Of a stretch of DNA of 64,000 bases, positions 13,435-27,484 are shown one piece after another; positions within the stretch are counted from its first letter, which is position 1; each line of letters begins with the position of its first letter. Both the position numbers and the translations under genes were made by a program. The stretch covers positions 31,372,001 to 31,436,000 of the forward strand of contig NC_043002.1 of assembly GCF_006345805.1 (NCBI RefSeq). The letters are read 5' to 3'. Source of the stretch: Octopus sinensis (lineage: Eukaryota). The notes beneath the pieces are model-generated. The model was given only the letters and a program-made list of their open reading frames with translations, did no database searches and was not told where the DNA came from.

Positions 13435-13621
13435 GAAATTTGTGGGGAGGGGATAAGTCGATCACATCGACCCCAGTACTTGACTGGTATTCACTTTATC
13501 CACCTCGAGAGAATGAAAAGCAAAGTCGACCTTAGCGAAATTCGAACTCAAAACGTATCGACAGACGAAATACCGCTAAGTATTTCGTCCGGCGTGCTAA
13601 CGATTCTTTTACCCCACTGCC

Positions 13622-13668
<47 letters not shown>

Positions 13669-14082
13669 CCTTTCTACACAGGGTTAGGATTTTGTGGGGA
13701 AGGGGCAGTCGATCACAGATATTTCACTGGTACCTGATTTATCGACACCCATAAATGCAAAATCAACCTCGGTGGAATTTGAACGCAGAACGCAGCGGCA
13801 GACAAAATACAGCTAAGCATTTCGCCCGGCATGCTAACGATTCTGCCAGCTCGCCGCCTTTATGATAATAATAATTATTATTTCTAATCGAGGCACAAGG
13901 CCTTGAAAATTTGGGGGAAATGGGGATAGTCGATTATATCGACCCCAGTGCGTAACTGGTACTTATTTCATTGACCTCGAAAGGATGAAAGGCAAAGTCT
14001 CCGAAGAATTTGAACTCAGTGCGTACTAGTAGACGAAATAATGCTAAGCATTTTGTCCGGCGTGCTAACGATTCTATAATAT

Positions 14083-14160
<78 letters not shown>

Positions 14161-14574
14161 CCTTTCTACACAGGGTTAGGATTTTGTGGGGAAGGGGCAG
14201 TCGATCACAGATATTTCACTGGTACCTGATTTATCGACACCCATAAATGCAAAATCAACCTCGGTGGAATTTGAACGCAGAACGCAGCGGCAGACAAAAT
14301 ACAGCTAAGCATTTCGCCCGGCGTGCTAACGATTCTGCCAGCTCGCCGCCTTTATGATAATAATAATTATTATTTCTAATCGAGGCACAAGGCCTTGAAA
14401 ATTTGGGGGAAATGGGGATAGTCGATTATATCGACCCCAGTGCGTAACTGGTACTTATTTCATTGACCTCGAAAGGATGAAAGGCAAAGTCTCCGAAGAA
14501 TTTGAACTCAGTGCGTACTAGTAGACGAAATAATGCTAAGCATTTTGTCCGGCGTGCTAACGATTCTATAATAT

Positions 14575-14630
<56 letters not shown>

Positions 14631-14815
14631 TCCTCTATCGTAGGCCAAAGGCCTAAAACTTTGGGGTTGGCCTAGTTGATTTCATTGACCTGTGTCCGAC
14701 TGTTACTTATTTCATTAACCCTGAGAGAAATGACAGGCAATGTCGACCTCCATTGAATGTCAAATCAGAACGTGAAGACTGTAAATGCCGCAATGCTTTT
14801 CGTTCGAATGTTATC
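13435..14815 (-). mobile_element. Head-to-tail cluster of six SINE group B copies separated by (AAT)n
   Basis: Repeated gtcgat..atcgaccccagt..actggtactta..gaaaggatgaaaggcaaagtc..aatttgaac..gacgaaata..gctaagcattt..ccggcgtgctaacgattct. Confidence 0.92.
13667..14630 (+). repeat. Near-identical tandem duplication, period 492 bp, bounded by (AAT)n tracts
   Basis: ctcctttctacacagggttagg starts at 13667 and 14159; attgatag at 14081 and 14573. I found one substitution by eye (13831 a vs 14323 g). Confidence 0.95.
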
Positions 14816-15351
14816 GCTCTTCTTTTTATCTATTCTACATTATCACTCACCGAAGCGACCTATAATTAAATACGTTTTAGCCAAGAGCATAATATTTAGT
14901 AAAGTATTTGAGTGTTTTTAAAATCAAATATAGTCGTTATTTCTATCTGGTAGAATTACTCTGTCAACACAGCCAAGTTGAATCATTATGATGATGATGG
15001 TATTGATTATTAAATTCTTAAAAACAAACGAATTTATAGAATCCGCTTTATTCATCGTTGTGTATATTATAGCTATGTATCTTTATCGAAACTAAAACAA
15101 AATCAATTCTATCACAGCCGATAAAATAACTCCGAAAATACGTCACTGATGATGGCTGGAATCTCTGAGGTGTAGGTTGTTTTACTCTTGGGTATTTCCC
15201 ATAAGTTAACATAAATACACAAACACACATAGTCTCGCAAACATACACACACAATCATATAGGCATATGTAAATATGTTACCTTTCTAACTATCATTCTG
15301 CCCATACATAGATACATACATACATATATACATACGTACGTACATACGTAC

Positions 15352-15382
<31 letters not shown>

Positions 15383-15470
15383 CATACATACATACATACA
15401 TACATACATACATACACATAAATACATACATAAATACATATATACATACATACATACATAATAGATACAT

Positions 15471-16018
15471 GGTGGCTGCCCCCTCGTTATCGAGTATGGC
15501 CATTGCACGAAGCTTAATCAATGTTGTTATCGTGCAATGCCTGTGCAAGAAGATTTTTTTAAAAGTGAGGAAAGGCTGTGCACTGAGTCAATCCCACTCA
15601 CTAAGCAACAGCAGCCATAATCCGAAAAGAAGAACAAGTCAACATCATCGGTAACCACTGAGCCGCAGGTTTTATGTCGGAGTTATCCCAGTTACCTGAG
15701 TTACCTTCTCCTAGAAGGATGCCCTAACAAAGGCTAGGAGTCCTTCACTCCCAATGGTTTAACCACGCGATCGGGTATTCAGTACGATTATTTCTATGTC
15801 CCCGCGCATGATACAGCCTTAAGGCATTTATTGGATGGCTGTTGATTCTCAAGAGTTCATCCGCCCTTTGACGGGTTTTGTTTTTCATCCCGCAGGAAGT
15901 CCAATAAACACCCTCCTCATCAAGCAAGCTTGGTGGGGTTGCCGGTTTAGTCACCAACCACCCGACCATGCAACAGGTTGTACTGGGTTACATGTTCCCA
16001 GTAGCACTCAAAAGTGAC
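15471..16018. mobile_element. ~550-bp non-coding insertion flanked on both sides by (TACA)n; probable non-autonomous retroelement
   Basis: Higher-GC unique-looking sequence sharply bounded by TACA arrays (15305-15470 and 16019-16100); no recognisable ORF. Confidence 0.55.
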
Positions 16019-16695
16019 ACATACATACATTCATACATACATACATACATACATACATACATACATACATACATACATACATACATACATAAATACATAC
16101 ATAGATTAAACAACGTAAAATAGATGTCAATATGAAAATACTAAACGAAGACAGTATGCAACACGTATCAAAGAGAGACAGAGCTGCACATAAATGGCAA
16201 TGAACGGACAAACTAGTGATTTTTTAAATATTAAAATCAGTGATAATTAGCTTGGCGGAGTATTTGGAAGTATTTTGTTAAATCTGTATTTGGAATTCAT
16301 ATGCTAGCAAGTTGGTGTATATTACATTTAAGAGATAAATATAATAAACACCAACAGTAAGATCACCAACTGATAATGATGGCAGCCATAATCCAATCAG
16401 AATATAAACCGAAACAAATCGTAGCGGACAACTGAATAGATATTGTACATAGGAGACAGTGGACGAGATTGTGATTTGGGAAATATGATCTTCGCTTCGA
16501 AAACGGAAAGACGATACAGAAAATTGTCAACGAGTTTGCGACTATAATCACGTCGAGAACAGTACTCCAATATTCTGATGTATAAGAAAAATTGCGAACT
16601 TGTTGGTGTCCCGAATTTGCTGGTGTCCAGAATTTACTTCCACTAAGATGGCTATGTAAGATTTATATGTGTACACTTTTTAAATAAATGTATCA

Positions 16696-17681
16696 AAAAT
16701 ATGCATCCATATTGTCCATACACTTTTGCTATTTCAGTGGTAGCTTCTCCAGCTTGGAACTGTAAAAGCCTGGTAATCTAGAGTCAATAAAATCTTGGAA
16801 GGCCTGTTTTACAGTATGGTAGGAATTATATTTTTTCCTATTAAAAAGTTATCCAAATTCTAGAAGTGGTAGTCAGTGGAGGCAGGATCAGATGAGTATG
16901 GTGGATGATGGGGAACTTCCAACTCCAACTCCTGTAGTTTCGCCAATGTCACGTTTGCGACGTGTGGTCTGGCGTTGTCTTGCAATAAAATAGGAGTGTA
17001 CCTGTTGAATAATCTAAGCTGTTTTTTTGTAAGTTTCTGCATCACTTGGTCCAGTTATCTGCAGTATACTTCGGCCGTGATTGATGATCCAGGTTTAATG
17101 AAATCATAATGTATCACACCTGCGCCAGACCACCATCAACTTCTTTTGAGGAATTTTGCTTTTCGGACCATGTTTTGGTGGCTTGTTTGTCCAACCATTG
17201 TACACAACATTTACGGTTGTTGAATTGGAACCATTTCTCATCACATGTTATAATTCGATTCAAAAATAATTCCTTTTTGTGACGAGAAAGTAGCATAATG
17301 CAGGCATACAAACGTTGCTGTTTCTGATTTTCATTGAGTTCATGTAGAACCCAGTTATTCAAATTTTTCACTTTACCGATTTGAACAAGGTGAGCAAATA
17401 TTGTTTGCTTGCTAACACCACAAAACAACGTTAAATAACGGGCACTTTGAGATGGATCTGGCTTTCAGTTTGTCATTATCCACCTTTGTTTCTGGACGAC
17501 CGCATTGCTCATTTAAGATGTTAAAGTTACTAGAACGAAATTTTAAAAATCAATTCCATACGGTCTGCTTTGTAATAGCATTATAATAAACTACTCCATT
17601 AATAGTTCGAGCTGTCTGTGATGCTGTCTTTCCAAGAAAGAAATCATATTTCAACATTGTACGAATTTCCGACTTATCCAT
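16696..17681 (-). pseudogene. Near full-length decayed mariner transposase (DD34D, cecropia/Hsmar1-like)
   Basis: MDKSEIRTMLKYDF at 17681; WVLHEL; ITCDEKW; LLQDNARPH followed after 34 residues by D in HPPYSSDPASTDYHF; C-terminus LDNFLIGKKYNS..QKCMDNMDAYF. Contains stops and frameshifts. Confidence 0.93.
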
Positions 17682-18487
17682 CTCTAAACAAAAATAGCAA
17701 AAATAAAACGATATATAAATAATCTATAAAGCGCAGAATGAGTTAGAATAACGAAATAGATGTGTCAGCTTTCTAGCAAAAATTAAAGATTGTCAAAATA
17801 TGACAATGGTACAAAATGAGCACCTGTCAAAGTTCGCCATATACCTTATTACAAATTTCATACTTGAAGATTTAATATAATAGAATGAACATCTTTCATG
17901 AGGGTGAGAGATACTTCCTTTTGAAATTATCAATTGAAATAATTAAAGATATATAACGGTGGTGCTACCAAACGGCAGCAGCTTTAAAGTTGAAATAATT
18001 TTAGGAATTTAAAGAGTATATGCATATATGGAGGCGATCAGGAATTCCTAAAAAGCAATAGCAATAAAAGAAACAGAATTACAAATAGTTTCGTCATTAA
18101 CAAATTGGAGAAACGGAAGCGCAATACCACGCATCAAACCAAAATGAAGGCATTAAGAAAGAGGCAGAAAAATAACAACCCAACAAACTAATGGGCAAAC
18201 ATAGCTCGATATATCGTTCATTTAAACGAATGTAAATATACCAACAAAATAAATGGTTACATTTCTCGCCTAAAGATGGCAGTTGCATGAAACTCGAGTA
18301 GAGGAAAATCTCCAGTTTCAAAAATACATGTGTGTCTCTGTAAGTATGAATGTGAGTATGTAGGTATGTGCACGTATAGATGTATGTTCGTATATATTTA
18401 TTCGCACACAGAACACAGATAAATACATAGAAATACAAACATATATATGCATTCTTACATGCATACATATACATACATACACACACA

Positions 18488-18552
<65 letters not shown>

Positions 18553-18652
18553 TTTTTCAATAAATACATATTTGAAAATATCTATTCGGATCTCTTACTC
18601 CATTACTTTCATTCATATATATGTGTAAGCGTACATACGTGTGTGTGCGTAC

Positions 18653-18685
<33 letters not shown>

Positions 18686-20264
18686 CATTGGTTTAGTAAG
18701 TGTATATATATTTGTACGTATGTTTTCTTTTCATATTGATGCTTTATGCTTTGACTTTACATCAGTGATACAGTGATACGGCTCCTGTCGGAATGTATAT
18801 AATATGCGATATTTATGAGAGATTACAGATATCAGTTGATAGATTATATGTAATTCCATAAACTTTAACACACATATCACAGTCTCATAAATATAACCGC
18901 CTATTTATATACGTGTGTACGTGTGTGTGATTGCAACGCAGACATTCTGACGTCATCGCAGACATATATAAATATTGTTTGTCTAGTTATATTTTTCTCC
19001 TTTATATTTTTTCTCAGAAATATATAACTATCTACTTTCATTTCTAATTGCAGTCACTGGACGTCAGTTATATTGTAGCAACGCCTTACAGGGGATTCTA
19101 TTAAGACTATCTGGCTTAATTTTCATCTGTTTTGAATTTATTTTATCAAACTCTGTTGATCGAATCGCAATATTCATTGCCGTCATGACACGTATTCCAA
19201 AATTACATATAACTTCACATCTGTTACATATAACTTCACACAGCCAAACACTCAAACACACACAAACACGAACACATATTTGCACTCCAGTCACACACGC
19301 ACTTACATCTAAACAAATATACACATTGAGCTGAATGACTCTGCATGGTTCTTGTACAAATGTTTTCATTTATATCCTCTCTTCAAACATTTTCTAAAAT
19401 AATTATAGAAGTGGATATGACGTTGAATTTTGCATTTATTTTAATACAGTAACAACTCAGTCTTCTGATAATCCTACACTTATTTCACACAACATCTAGA
19501 AAACGTTTTGCTGTTGCAGATATAAATCACCTGGGAGAGAAATATTGTTAAAACGAAAAGATAAAAACTTACTAAGCAATATTAAATAAAAGAAGGAAAA
19601 TCTTTTGCGCAAAATAAATCAAGGAAATAAAACAACACTATATATTACTTAAAATCACACTATATATTACTGAAAAACACACTAAGCATACTTTGTGTAT
19701 ACTCAAATATTGGAAGACGTTCGCTGTAATTATTGTCTTGGAAAAACAGTATCATGTAGATTATACATGCATCTAGCTGGGCTTGAAATGAAGTCTTCAT
19801 ATAGACACATGTTTCCTCGTCATTTCGCTTCATATGTGAAAGAATCCACATCTCTTGATAATAACCCAGTGGGACTTGCACTTCTTATATGCAAGCAACA
19901 AAAATACATTTACTGGCGTCTGCAAAGCTTTGTCAAGGTACAATTGTTCATTTATAAGCACGTTAAGAAAACATTTCTCACAATGGATTTATGAACGCGT
20001 TTGACAAAATAGAAATCGAATTTTGGTACTGTGAGAAGAAAAGTCGGAGAGAGACAGTAAGGACACAATAAACCACCTCTATCCCTCTCAGTCTGTCTAT
20101 CTCTCTTTCTCTGTCTCACTCTCGCTCTCACTCCATCTCTATCTCCCTCTTTCTCTTGCTCGCTCGCTCACTTGCTCTCACTCTATTTGTTTACCTGTGT
20201 GAGTGTTCTTTAGGAATATTAACAAAGTGAAATATTTCTCTCATCCTTCTTCACTCGCTTTCTT

Positions 20265-20305
<41 letters not shown>

Positions 20306-21248
20306 CTTTACAAATGTATATTACTGCGTACTCGTGTGTTTGTCTTTTCCTGCCAAACAAAATATGTACTGTTGCAAAATAATCATCGCCAAAACAGGTT
20401 CATTTTCCATTCAGCCTTGCATAAACCCCAGTTACCAAGCATCTGTGCTTGAGTTTCGAACCTCACTGGGTGTTTATCAGATTTTTTTTTCATCAGATTT
20501 TCTACGTCACTTTAGTAATCGGAGTGAAACAATAGGCAATAATACTCTACAATTTTCCCTATAAGATATCTCATATGATTTCAATCACCTGTAGTAACCT
20601 GATATAACGTACCATTCTTATTACTTATTCTGTGGACAGACGAGTATGACTTTGAGAAAGTGAACCACTCTACATAAAGAGCAAATCCGTTTCCCGCAAT
20701 ACAGGCAAATTCCTCTCAGTGAACATATAGAAAAATGTGTAGATAACATCAAACCAAATTTCATAGTCTTCCCCTTCTACCAGTGCAAAGACACAATCTC
20801 TCCACAAGAACGTTTAAATAAAATGTTTTCATTGAAAAATACAGAACACATCTTAATATGCACGCATAACCAACTTTTATCTTTTTACAAATATCAATTC
20901 ACGATTGCATCACTACATAAATCCTCTCAATGAACAAGATTTTCGAGACCTGTTATTGCCTGTACATATATATTCCCCTCCCCTTGCCGAAAACCGGACA
21001 GTTATCTCCCTTACTCACACCAATAACAATAATAACGATAACCAATTACCTCCCCTTACTTTTCTAGTTGTGAAGTCATTCACACATAACATGGACAAAA
21101 TTTCTTCTTCAGAAAATACATATTCAAATAAGTAAAACATAATATCATGAATAGAGATAGCGAAACCGGTCGATATATTAAAAATTATACTAAAACTATG
21201 TAACGAGTGCGTATTTTTCTCTTTTAATTTCTTAAATATATATATATA

Positions 21249-21655
21249 GGCGGAGGAGTGGCTGTGTGGTAAGTAGCTTGTTTACCAACCACATGGTTCC
21301 GGGTTCAGTCCCACTGCGTGGCACCTTGGGCAAGTGTCTTCTACTATAGCCTCGGGCCGACCAAAGCCTTGTGAGTGGATTTGGTAGACGGAAACTGAAA
21401 GAAGCCCGTCGTATATATGTATATATATGTGCGTGTGTGTGTTTGTGTGTCTGTGTTTGTCCCCCTAGCATTGCTTGATAACCGATGCTGGTGTGTTTAT
21501 GTCCCCGTTACTTAGCGGTTCGGTAAAAGAGACCGATAGAATAAGTACTGGGCTTACAAAAGAATAAGTCCCGGGGTCGAGTTGCTCGATTAAAGGTGGT
21601 GCTCCAGCATGGCCGCAGTCAAATGACTGAAACAAGTAAAAGAGTAAAGAGTAAG
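21249..21655 (+). mobile_element. SINE group A, full-length reference copy
   Basis: A-box-like TGGCTGTGTGG, B-box-like GGTTCAGTCCC, CORE-like gtggcaccttgggcaagtgtctt, internal (TA)/(TG) spacer ~21413-21458, 3' ...gactgaaacaagtaaaagagtaaagagtaag. Confidence 0.93.
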
Positions 21656-21656
21656 A

Positions 21657-21689
<33 letters not shown>

Positions 21690-22333
21690 GCATGTAGATA
21701 TATATTGATGGATGAAAGATTGTAAGTGACCTACATTCCATAGAGCTGAATTCATAACCATATTGTTTGTTTCTTGATTCAGGTGGATTGCTAATTATTT
21801 GAAAAGTTTGCTCCCATGGTACCTGTTCATCGCTCTTTTCCTGTATTTGAATCATCTTTTAGAGAAGAGTGTGTAGATGAACAAGAGAATGGTAATATCA
21901 ACTCGCACCTACGTAGATAGGTAAAATAATTACTGCAGATATGGCACATGACCTCACGACATGCAATTCTCGCTGCATATAGCGGTTATCGTCATGTTTT
22001 TTTTCATATTGTAATGTTATGTATTCTGAAATGGCTCCGAATAAGCTACTGGATATGGTACAGTCACTCTATTATGGGTGTACTGCTCCTTACAGCAGAA
22101 AGCACTGTAAGCTTTTGAATTTTAAAACGTGATTCCTGTTCTCTTGACATTCAATGACTTAGAGCTGAAATGTATAAAAGAAGAAAAGAATATATCTATA
22201 TCTCAATCAATCTATCTATCCATCTATTTATCTATCTATTTATCTATTTCGCTCCTCTCTCTCTCTTAAGCTATTTCGCACTCTCTATATATTTGCGTGT
22301 GTGTATACATGTATGTATGTACGTGTATGTATG

Positions 22334-22364
<31 letters not shown>

Positions 22365-22379
22365 TATATATATATTTAT

Positions 22380-22453
<74 letters not shown>

Positions 22454-23113
22454 CGGGAAAGAAAAACTACATATATGTGCATGCATACATATATATATAA
22501 ATATATACATATACACGTATAGATTGTGACAAACTGTATTTATGCACATATCTATAATATATCCGGTTGGCCATGTTTTTTTTTCTTCTTCTTCTTTAAA
22601 TTACTGTCCATACTTTCGGATTTTCAGCCGGTTTAGTTACTTCTTACATCAGTCCATTTTGCTAAATTGTATCCTACGAAGTCTGATAATGTTAAAGCCA
22701 ATAGGGCTTTGTGATTAATGAGCTTCTATGGTGCTATGGTGTCTTACCCACCGGGGTTCGATTCGTGTCAGTGCATACAAAATTCGTAATTATGGATTTC
22801 AATGTATTGATCATGATGTGAAAGTAGTCAGTGCTTATGTGATTACACACACGTACTTATAAACACAAACAGAATAACACGTACTTATCATCACACATGC
22901 GCCCGCCCACAAGTATACGCACATATATGTATTAATGTGTTTATGAATTTGTGTGTGTGTGAGTATGTTTGCATGTAGCGTGTGTTCACATGAAAGTATG
23001 TTTACGTGATTGTTTATACTATAAGGCATGAATGTAAATATGTAAGACGTATTTACATTCATTTAGACACACACACACATATACAAACATACATAACATT
23101 TATATACATATAC

Positions 23114-23164
<51 letters not shown>

Positions 23165-23226
23165 CTATATATATATATACGCATACATACAGATAGCTAG
23201 AAATATAGATAGATAGATATATACAT

Positions 23227-23257
<31 letters not shown>

Positions 23258-23846
23258 CATGCATGCATATATATATAGATGTATATATACACACATATAC
23301 ATATATATGTATGTATGTATATATATATAAATGCATGTAGACGGACGGACACACCTGCACGGGCACACTCACACACACATTTATATATATACAAAAGCAG
23401 AGAGAGGCAGGTACTTGGTTACGTATCTTTCGATATATAAGGACGTTGAGTATATAAAAGTCCCTAAAATACAGCGTATATAATAAGGAAACACGAATAC
23501 ATTTTTTATAGATTTATATTCGTGCACATACGCGCGAACAAGTATACACAACACACACATATACATTCGTATATTATGCATAGTTATATGCAAATGCAGA
23601 TTTAAATATATTTGTATATTCATCTCTTTATATATACAAGTATAAGAATGTAGATTTGTATGTGTAAACAGAGTACGTTCCCACTCTCTTTCTCTTTATA
23701 TATATATTATATATAATATATATATATATATATACCTACATATATATTTATACATCTCTCCTCTGTATCAATCACATATATTTTACATATATAAATATAT
23801 ATATGTCTACATATCTGTCTATCTATCTATATGTGTGTTTGAGTGC

Positions 23847-23918
<72 letters not shown>

Positions 23919-24275
23919 ATAAGCACAAACAAATATTTAACTATGTATAGCATATACGCTTAAGATTCAGTTTATGAGTGTAAGCAAACACTATATCTAT
24001 GTCAGAAGGTATGTGTTTAGGCGAAAACCGACATAAATCAAAAAAATCCTAAAAATGCTCCCAGCCAAGAGACGTGACGGCGGGACTTTGAAGCAAATGC
24101 AAAATGGTGGAAAGTATTTGTGTTGTTTATGGCTGCACTTGAGTGTGGAAATAGAAATAGAGATAAAGAGTGTGGCGGAAGCAGAGAAAGACAGATAAAA
24201 TGTGAGTGTGAGTCAATGAGAGTGGGAGAGAGAGAGAAAGAGCGAATGACAAAGAGAGAATCAGTGAGAAAATTA

Positions 24276-24337
<62 letters not shown>

Positions 24338-24505
24338 TAAATAGATAGATACACAGGCACACGAATACATACAAATACAAGCATATCTTCTATATATATT
24401 TATCCACATCTACCCTCTATAAGCATATATGTATACATACAATATAATACTTGAATAGTCATATATTTATGTAGACACATATGCACTCGCACACACACAT
24501 GTATA

Positions 24506-24542
<37 letters not shown>

Positions 24543-24580
24543 TATACGCATATATGTATGTGTATGCTTTATATATATAA

Positions 24581-24738
<158 letters not shown>

Positions 24739-25886
24739 GGACAGAGAGAGAAAGAAGATACAGAGAAAGAACCTGAGGGAGGTGAGGGCAAAAGCAACAG
24801 GGCCGTGCTTTCTATTGAGAAAACTGATAGGCCTAAACAGAGCTGTAAAAGATTTATTTCCCCAATGATGCCGATATAACTCATATATAGATAAAAGGAA
24901 AAATATAAACATTAAAAACCATTAGATCCAGATGTTAGGCGAAAAATTATAATTGCTACCGACTCTCTTTCATTCCTTCTCGTTTTCCTTTTCTTTTTAT
25001 TATTTCTTCCTCTCATTCGTGCATTATTTCACTCATTATCCCTTCTGTTCCTTTTATATTTCCTTCATAATATGCTTTGTCTTCAAGCTTTATCCTTCTC
25101 ATGTTAATTCGTTTACGGAGCATTTTAAAATAATATTTGTGGCGATAGTATTCGTATTTATCCTTATTTTAGTACATATATTTATTGTCCAAGCGCCGCC
25201 AGGTTTCGAATATGGCCCACATTCTTTCCGGGGTCAATAGAATAATGCACCAATGATTTACTAAATTCCATACCATAGGTTGTTCTTTCTTATTATTCAT
25301 TCCTGGTGTGGTGCCAATATAAAACATCATCTCATTTTCATCATCATCATCATCCTGATCTAATTAACAACGTTGTCATCATCATATTCATTGCCGTCGC
25401 CAGCTTTATGGTTTTGGTGTTGCTGTTGTTGTTATTCATTCGAGTGTACTTTTTTGCACACCAAGAAATTTTTTTCCATGACAGCTGAAGAGAAAAGAAG
25501 AAAAAAAAAGACAAAACTTCTCTTTAGCAGAATTTTCTTGATGGAATCCATGTGGAACACTTTGGACATTATCCCTATTAGTAAAGACATCGGGTCTGAG
25601 CTTTTACCATTTTAAAACATAATTTTATTATATTTACCTACCAAAAAAGAGGGATTGATGCCAGATAAAAACAACCTGCCGACAGAAAAAGTAAAATAAT
25701 AGATATAAATAAATTAGTCGCAGCAGCTCGGGAAAAGAATTAAGGACAAAAAAATGTCGGTTATATAGCCGGATATATGAAAGAAGAAACGGACTACTTA
25801 ACGGATATTAATGACTTTAATTCGAACAATTTCAATGGTACGGTTAACAACGATATCGATGCAGACATTCATACCAAACACACACA

Positions 25887-25918
<32 letters not shown>

Positions 25919-26324
25919 CTGATGATCCTATATGTCTCCACTCGGAGAGTCGAACGGGGCCGAATCATACTATTTTTTAAAATAATACACGTAAACTAAA
26001 TGTGCTGAGTACCTCTTTCTTTCATTTGTTCACTCATACGGCTACCTCTGTAGTATATATTTATCTCTATATCTCTCTGTTTCTCTCTCTCCCTCTCTAT
26101 TGATCTCTATATATATCGGTATGTATGTATGTATGTATGTATGTATGTATGTATGTATGTATGTGATGTATGTATGTAATGTATATATATATATATATAA
26201 TGATAAATATCAATGTGAGTTATATACAGTAGCGGTAACACAACGTGTCGTATTTTTGCCATTTCAATATGGCTAACCCCTAAGGGTGGATACTACTGTA
26301 GTTTTTAGCCCCGGGAGGACACAC

Positions 26325-26655
26325 TTGCAGCGTGGAAGGTGTTTATAAGCCATTTAAGAAACACACAAAACCGTTAGATTCATTTCAACATTTAAATTTA
26401 ATTTGTCAAAATATTTTCGTCGCTTTGAGATCGCGACCTGTTTACTGACAAAGCTTTGTGCTGCATCGAAGCTTTGTCAGTGAACAGGTCGCGGTCTCAA
26501 AGCGACGAAAATATTTTGACAAATCAAATTTAAATGTTAAAGTGAATCTAACGGTTTGCGTATTTCTTAAATGGCTTATAAACACCTTCCACGCTGCAAT
26601 TGTTTTCGTTCCAGCACACGATCTCAGATCAAGTCGCTTGCTATGCAAGTACATC
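26325..26655. mobile_element. Foldback element forming a 275-bp near-perfect palindrome (26325-26599)
   Basis: Arms 26325-26456 and 26469-26599 are reverse complements with few mismatches; 12-nt spacer tgtgctgcatcg. Confidence 0.92.
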
Positions 26656-26664
26656 TCCGTAATG

Positions 26665-26721
<57 letters not shown>

Positions 26722-26816
26722 CGTATATATATGTAAATTATATATATATATACATATATATACGTATATATAATATATTTATATTTATATATATATACGT
26801 ATATATATGTATATGA

Positions 26817-27480
26817 CCCTATCCCATCATCCACTCCTTCACCTGCACCTCCAGCAATGTTATCTATTGCGTCTCTTGCTCTCTCTGCCATTCCTTGTAC
26901 ATCGGACAAACGGGACGCCGCTTGGCTGACCGGTTCGCGGAACACCTTCGTGACATCCACCTTGCGAACGACACACCGGTCTCACGCCATTTCCGCTTCA
27001 CCGGTCACACCTTGCAACACCTATCTGTGTTCGGTTTGTCCTTACACAGAGGCCATCCGGATTCCCGTTTGCGCCGTGAACAGGAATTAATCTTCTCTCT
27101 TCGCTCTTATACGCCATTTGGTCTCAACTCTCCCCCCTCCTCATCTAAGCCCCCTCTCCACCCCTCCTCACCTATCCTTCCCCCCCGAACCTACTTCTTC
27201 ATTCCTTCATCCTTTCACCCCTACTCCTCTTCCCTTCTTCCCTCTTTCTCCCTCCCCCTTCCCTCTCCCTATTCCCTTTTTCCCCCTGCTCCCTCACGCC
27301 CTTCTCTCTCCCCCTCCTCCCTCTTTCCTCCTTCCTCCCCTCCTCCTCCCCCTCCTCTCTCTCCCCCTCTCCCCCTTTCTCCTCCCCTCCCCCTCTCCCC
27401 CTTTCTCCTCCCCTCCCCCTCCCCCTCTTCTCCTCTCTCCACACTACACCACACGACTTTACACATCACAAATATATGAT
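26817..27480 (+). mobile_element. Penelope-like element 3' fragment with an apparently intact GIY-YIG endonuclease domain
   Basis: In frame from 26823: [70 protein letters not shown], followed by a C/T-rich tract. Confidence 0.92.
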
Positions 27481-27484
27481 GTGC

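Noticed and set aside
13435-14815. Regularly spaced repeats superficially like a CRISPR array
   Set aside because: Units are ~170-200-bp SINEs in eukaryotic DNA; no short repeat-unique spacer structure and no cas genes.
16212-16223. actagtgatttt matches the middle of miR-7
   Set aside because: The seed (tggaag) is absent and there is no precursor hairpin.
18948-18955. TGACGTCA (CRE) sites here and at 42516-42523
   Set aside because: One or two such 8-mers in 64 kb is compatible with chance; no promoter evidence.
19660-19994. Overlapping 73-99 aa non-repetitive ORFs
   Set aside because: No recognisable motif or splice support; length is within chance range.
21249-21330. tRNA-like sequences (SINE heads here and at 41.6, 47.1 and 61.7 kb)
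   Set aside because: They have A/B boxes but no complete cloverleaf, and continue into SINE bodies; not tRNA genes.
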